Below, piece after piece: positions 14,048-17,402 of a DNA stretch of 17,402 bases. Positions within the stretch are counted from its first letter, which is position 1. Each line of letters begins with the position of its first letter. A model generated the notes under the pieces. It did not search any database. It saw nothing but the letters and a program-made list of their open reading frames with translations, and was not told the DNA's origin. The position numbers and the translations under genes were made by a program. The stretch spans positions 1 through 17,402 of the forward strand of contig JBBRCZ010000023.1 in NCBI GenBank assembly GCA_038204425.1, written 5' to 3'. Source of the stretch: Spirochaetia bacterium (GTDB lineage: Bacteria > Spirochaetota > Spirochaetia > DSM-27196 > Salinispiraceae).

Positions 14048-16356
14048 CAATTGCACTTGTCGGTAACCCAAACTGTGGTAAAACAACCTTGTTTAACGCC
14101 TTAACTGGTGGAAAAATCAGAACTGGCAACTGGCCCGGCGTAACCGTGGAGAAGCGCGAAGGTCTCTTAAAGGCCAAGCAAGATCTTGTGATTGTAGATC
14201 TGCCGGGCATCTACTCTTTTGCAGCCCATTCTGAAGACCAAGTTGTTGCCAGAGACTACATTTTGTCGGCCGAACCTGACTTAATCGTCAATGTAGTCGA
14301 CGCTTCCAACCTTGAGCGCAACCTGTTTCTGACCAGTCAATTGATTGAGATGCAGGTGCCTTTTGTGGTGGTTCTCAACATGATTGACACCTTGGCCCAA
14401 AGGAATATCACGATTGACGTCAAGCAACTTTCACAAAGGCTGGGGGTGGATGTTCTTGAGTGTTGCGCAGTCAAAAAAGATTCAGTTGCAGCACTGAGCG
14501 CTTTTTTGTGCGAGGCTGAGGGCTATGCCAAGCGTTCGGTCTGCAAGCTGGTGTATCCCAAGCAAATGGAAGTCCAAATAAAACATTTGCAAGAAAAAAT
14601 AGCTGCTTATGCTTTAGGTCGCAAAATTTCCACGCGTTGGTTGGCGGTCAAACTCTTAGAAAGTGACAGCCGTTTTATGGCCGACTTGCAACAAGCCGGC
14701 GATTTGTCACTAGCGCAGCTGCAAGCTTTTCAACAAGAGATTGAGGACCAGCTTGAGGATCCTGCCGACCTAATCAGCGCGGATGTACGCTTTGAGCTCA
14801 TTCAATCTATTGCAGACGCCTGCGTCAAACGAGACAAGCATAAAAAATCGCTAAGCGACAAAATTGATAGCCTGGTTCTCAACCGTATAGCTGGCATTCC
14901 CATTTTTTTGGCCGTCATGTATCTGCTTTTTTGGGTGACGATTAGCGTCGGTGGCGCCTTCATAGACTTTTTTGACCTCTTTACCGGGACCATTTTTGTT
15001 GATGGATTTACTTGGCTCTTGGCTTCGCTTGGCAGTCCCAACTGGCTGACGATTGTCTTGGCAAACGGCATCGGAGGCGGCATCCAAACGGTGGCAAGCT
15101 TTATTCCTATAATCTTCTTTTTATTCCTAATGTTGTCGCTATTGGAAGACAGCGGTTACATGGCCAGGGCCGCCTTTGTGATGGACCGTTTTATGCGCAA
15201 GATTGGGCTACCAGGAAAAGCATTTGTGCCCTTGTTGGTTGGATTTGGCTGCACCGTGCCAGCAATCATGGGTGCACGCACGCTTGAAGACAACAAAGAA
15301 CGTGTCTTAACCGTATTTATGGCACCTTTTATGTCATGCGGCGCCCGCCTGCCAGTCTACGCGCTTTTTGCTGCTGCCATATTTCCCTTGAGCGGTGGCT
15401 TGGTAGTGTTCTCGCTCTACATGACCGGGATAGTGCTGGCGATTTTGACTGGCCTCTTGCTCAAAAAGTCTTTGTTTAAAGGTGAAACTTCACACTTTAT
15501 TATGGAACTGCCACCCTACCATACACCCAAAGCTGGCCAAATTTTGTTCCACACTTGGAATCGTCTCAAAGAGTTTATTGGACGTGCTGGCCTAGTAATT
15601 GTCATCGCGGTAACGGTGCTAAGCTTTCTCAACTCGATTGGTAGTGACGGTTCGCTAGGCAATGATGACAGTCAAAAATCGGTTTTGTCAGAGATTAGCC
15701 GCGCCATAACGCCAGTCTTTACACCGATGGGTATTCAAGAAGAAAACTGGCCAGCAACCGTTGGCATTTTTACCGGCTTGTTTGCCAAGGAAGCAGTAGT
15801 TGGAACGCTCAACTCACTCTACGGCCAACTTGATCAACAGCAAGGCGACAGTCAAAAAGGCAAGACCTTTGACTTTTGGGCAGGAATACGGGAATCCTTG
15901 CAAACCATTCCAACTGGCCTAAGTGCAGTCTTTAGTGGACTAGTTGATCCACTTGGACTTGGCCTAATGGCGCAAAATGACACTGAGCTATTGGCACAAC
16001 AAATTGGAGCCGATACTACCTTGTTTTCCACCATAGGTGCATACTTTAAGAGCCCTGCCAGCGCTTACGCCTACTTACTATTTATACTACTCTACTTCCC
16101 TTGTGTGGCCGCTTTTGGTGTAGCCATCAAAGAAATTGGATTGTTTTACGGGGTGCTCAACTCGGTATATCTGACGGTACTTGCTTGGGTAAGTGCCACT
16201 TTGTTTTATCAAATAAGTACAGCTCACGATCCATTTTGGATAGTATTTGCTGTACTTCTCTTAGCTCTTACGATTGCAGGATTGATAATGTTTGGTCGCT
16301 TGGAGCGAAATCGACAAGACAAATTACTCGGAAATAAAGGACTTGATCATGCTTAG
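14044..16356 (+). CDS. feoB: Ferrous iron transport protein FeoB
   Basis: G1 GNPNCGKT, G2 GNWPGVTVE, G3 DLPGIYS, G4 NMID. Membrane motifs LEDSGYMARAAFVMDR, GFGCTVPAIM, PFMSCGARLPVY, FIMELPPY and LLYFPCVA. Confidence 0.98.
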   Translation: MTIALVGNPNCGKTTLFNALTGGKIRTGNWPGVTVEKREGLLKAKQDLVIVDLPGIYSFAAHSEDQVVARDYILSAEPDLIVNVVDASNLERNLFLTSQLIEMQVPFVVVLNMIDTLAQRNITIDVKQLSQRLGVDVLECCAVKKDSVAALSAFLCEAEGYAKRSVCKLVYPKQMEVQIKHLQEKIAAYALGRKISTRWLAVKLLESDSRFMADLQQAGDLSLAQLQAFQQEIEDQLEDPADLISADVRFELIQSIADACVKRDKHKKSLSDKIDSLVLNRIAGIPIFLAVMYLLFWVTISVGGAFIDFFDLFTGTIFVDGFTWLLASLGSPNWLTIVLANGIGGGIQTVASFIPIIFFLFLMLSLLEDSGYMARAAFVMDRFMRKIGLPGKAFVPLLVGFGCTVPAIMGARTLEDNKERVLTVFMAPFMSCGARLPVYALFAAAIFPLSGGLVVFSLYMTGIVLAILTGLLLKKSLFKGETSHFIMELPPYHTPKAGQILFHTWNRLKEFIGRAGLVIVIAVTVLSFLNSIGSDGSLGNDDSQKSVLSEISRAITPVFTPMGIQEENWPATVGIFTGLFAKEAVVGTLNSLYGQLDQQQGDSQKGKTFDFWAGIRESLQTIPTGLSAVFSGLVDPLGLGLMAQNDTELLAQQIGADTTLFSTIGAYFKSPASAYAYLLFILLYFPCVAAFGVAIKEIGLFYGVLNSVYLTVLAWVSATLFYQISTAHDPFWIVFAVLLLALTIAGLIMFGRLERNRQDKLLGNKGLDHA

Positions 16357-16597
16357 TAAAGACATCACCACAACCATAAAAAATCGAACCGTTGCTAGCC
16401 TATCTGAGATAGTCTATGATTTAAAACAAGACAAGGTCATCGTAAACGAAGTCTTGCAAAGTCTTGTGCGCCATGGACGAATCGAGGAGTTGAGCGCCAT
16501 TAAAGTCTGCGCCGGATCGTGCTCGTGCAGCAGTACAAGTTCTTTGTCTTGTTCGATGCCTGAGAAAACCTACCGCTTGGCGTCGTCGGACTTGTAA
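16349..16597 (+). CDS. feoC: FeoC-like winged-helix protein with Cys-rich wing
   Basis: ATG 16349 overlaps the feoB end. 82 aa: MLSKDITTTIKNRTVASLSEIVYDL...LQSLVRHGRIEE followed by C-x3-C-x-C-x7-C and PEKTYR. Confidence 0.75.
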   Translation: MLSKDITTTIKNRTVASLSEIVYDLKQDKVIVNEVLQSLVRHGRIEELSAIKVCAGSCSCSSTSSLSCSMPEKTYRLASSDL

Positions 16598-16613
16598 CAA
16601 CAAGCAGGCAAAT

Positions 16614-16673
16614 ATGGATGCGATAGTTGCTATTCTGCTACTCGTAGGAACAACCTTCTTTGGTGGGTCATAG
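16614..16673 (+). CDS. Possible 19-aa hydrophobic micropeptide at the end of the feo operon
   Basis: MDAIVAILLLVGTTFFGGS followed by tandem stops (TAG TAA). Starts 16 nt after the feoC stop with a weak RBS (gcagg). Confidence 0.3.
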   Translation: MDAIVAILLLVGTTFFGGS

Positions 16674-16699
16674 TAAAAAGGCGGGATTTTTTGGTTTTC

Positions 16700-17312
16700 G
16701 GTCAACCTGCTTTTGGAACTCAGCACCCGCCAAGAGGATACCAACAGTCAGTTTTTCTTTGCGTTCGAGCAGGTTTTGCAGAAGTTCGAGTTCCCCGCTT
16801 ATTATCAGGATGCTCGCTGGTGTCAGATCCAAGTTCTGAATTACAGTACTATCACCATTTTTTTTCAAAAGTGATTTTCTGTCAGCTTCTTCCAGCTTGA
16901 TCCCGTTCTCCGTCAAAAGAGCCTGAATGCCATTTTTGACCATACGGATTTGACGGTTCAACAAATTGTAGTAGGTAAACAACTTGCGTAGTTCACGAAC
17001 CATGATTGATGGCTTGTAAATGGTGGGCAATCCAAATTCACCAGTTACCCTGTACACCCACAGGGCTTTGATGATCTTGAATCGGTAGGGATTGAGTACA
17101 AAGCAGGTGATCCCGCGGGCTTCAATGTAATCAGCCCACCAGAAGCTTCCGGTGGAGGCTTCGAGTACAACCGCATCTTCTGGGCCTAAAGAATCCAAAT
17201 AAAAATTGAGATCTTTGACTGAAGGGTAGAATGCAATTTCAATCCCTTCCCGATTCAATACCTAAATCGTCGAGTACGCCTTGTGCCGGTCAATGCCATG
17301 AAATCGTTCCAT
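16700..17312 (-). pseudogene. IS110-family (DEDD RuvC-like) transposase pseudogene
   Basis: ATG 17312 after GGGGGAG: MERFHGIDRHKAYSTI*VLNREG...AVVLEASTGSFWWAD...VLNPYRFKIIK-ALW...PTIYKPS..VRELRKLF. It has an in-frame TAG at 17264-17262, lacks the KTDxxDA motif, and lacks the C-terminal domain (similarity ends near AGAEFQKQV). Confidence 0.88.
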
Positions 17313-17402
17313 CGTCTCCCCCTTGGTGCCACTTGCCAGATCAGGGAGAAGTACCTTGTTGGTCATGCATTCCATTCCACTATTCAGCATCGCAAAAGCG
17401 TA

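Noticed and set aside
16675..16699. Terminator after the feo operon (GGCGGGATTTTTT)
   Set aside because: It looks like the right arm of a hairpin, but no complementary left arm is present.
296..16900. Numerous 60-176 aa antisense or alternate-frame ORFs within the long genes (e.g. 810..1340, 9504..10025, 11604..11966, 16421..16744)
   Set aside because: They shadow well-supported genes and have no recognisable motifs or RBS.
1..17402. CRISPR array, integron attC array, prophage or intact defence operon
   Set aside because: No regularly spaced repeats, integrase, cas or phage structural genes were seen.

Overview
Bacterial chromosomal window, probably from a spirochaete (inferred from the YchF N-terminus [23 protein letters not shown] and a spirochaetal-type lipobox; not proven). 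Left to right it contains: tRNA-Pro(GGG) with its promoter and terminator; a translationally coupled signalling operon (receiver-PP2C/SpoIIE protein, TM-HAMP-GAF-PAS histidine kinase, 612-aa orphan); ychF; and a ~0.95-kb mosaic of decayed foreign DNA that the ORF track misses. That mosaic holds a polymorphic-toxin C-terminus with a coupled immunity-like ORF, a TacT/AtaT-like GNAT toxin fragment, an IS3-family left end and an IS21 istB fragment. Further right are a LuxR-HTH regulator with an HtrA-like PDZ protease whose catalytic His is replaced, a probably truncated DUF362 protein, modABC, a feoA-feoA-feoB-feoC iron-uptake operon with a palindrome-rich operator, and an IS110-family transposase pseudogene. 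The most promising leads are the toxin/immunity cassette after ychF and the HK + atypical REC-PP2C + orphan operon. All family calls come from motif recognition by eye; no searches were run.
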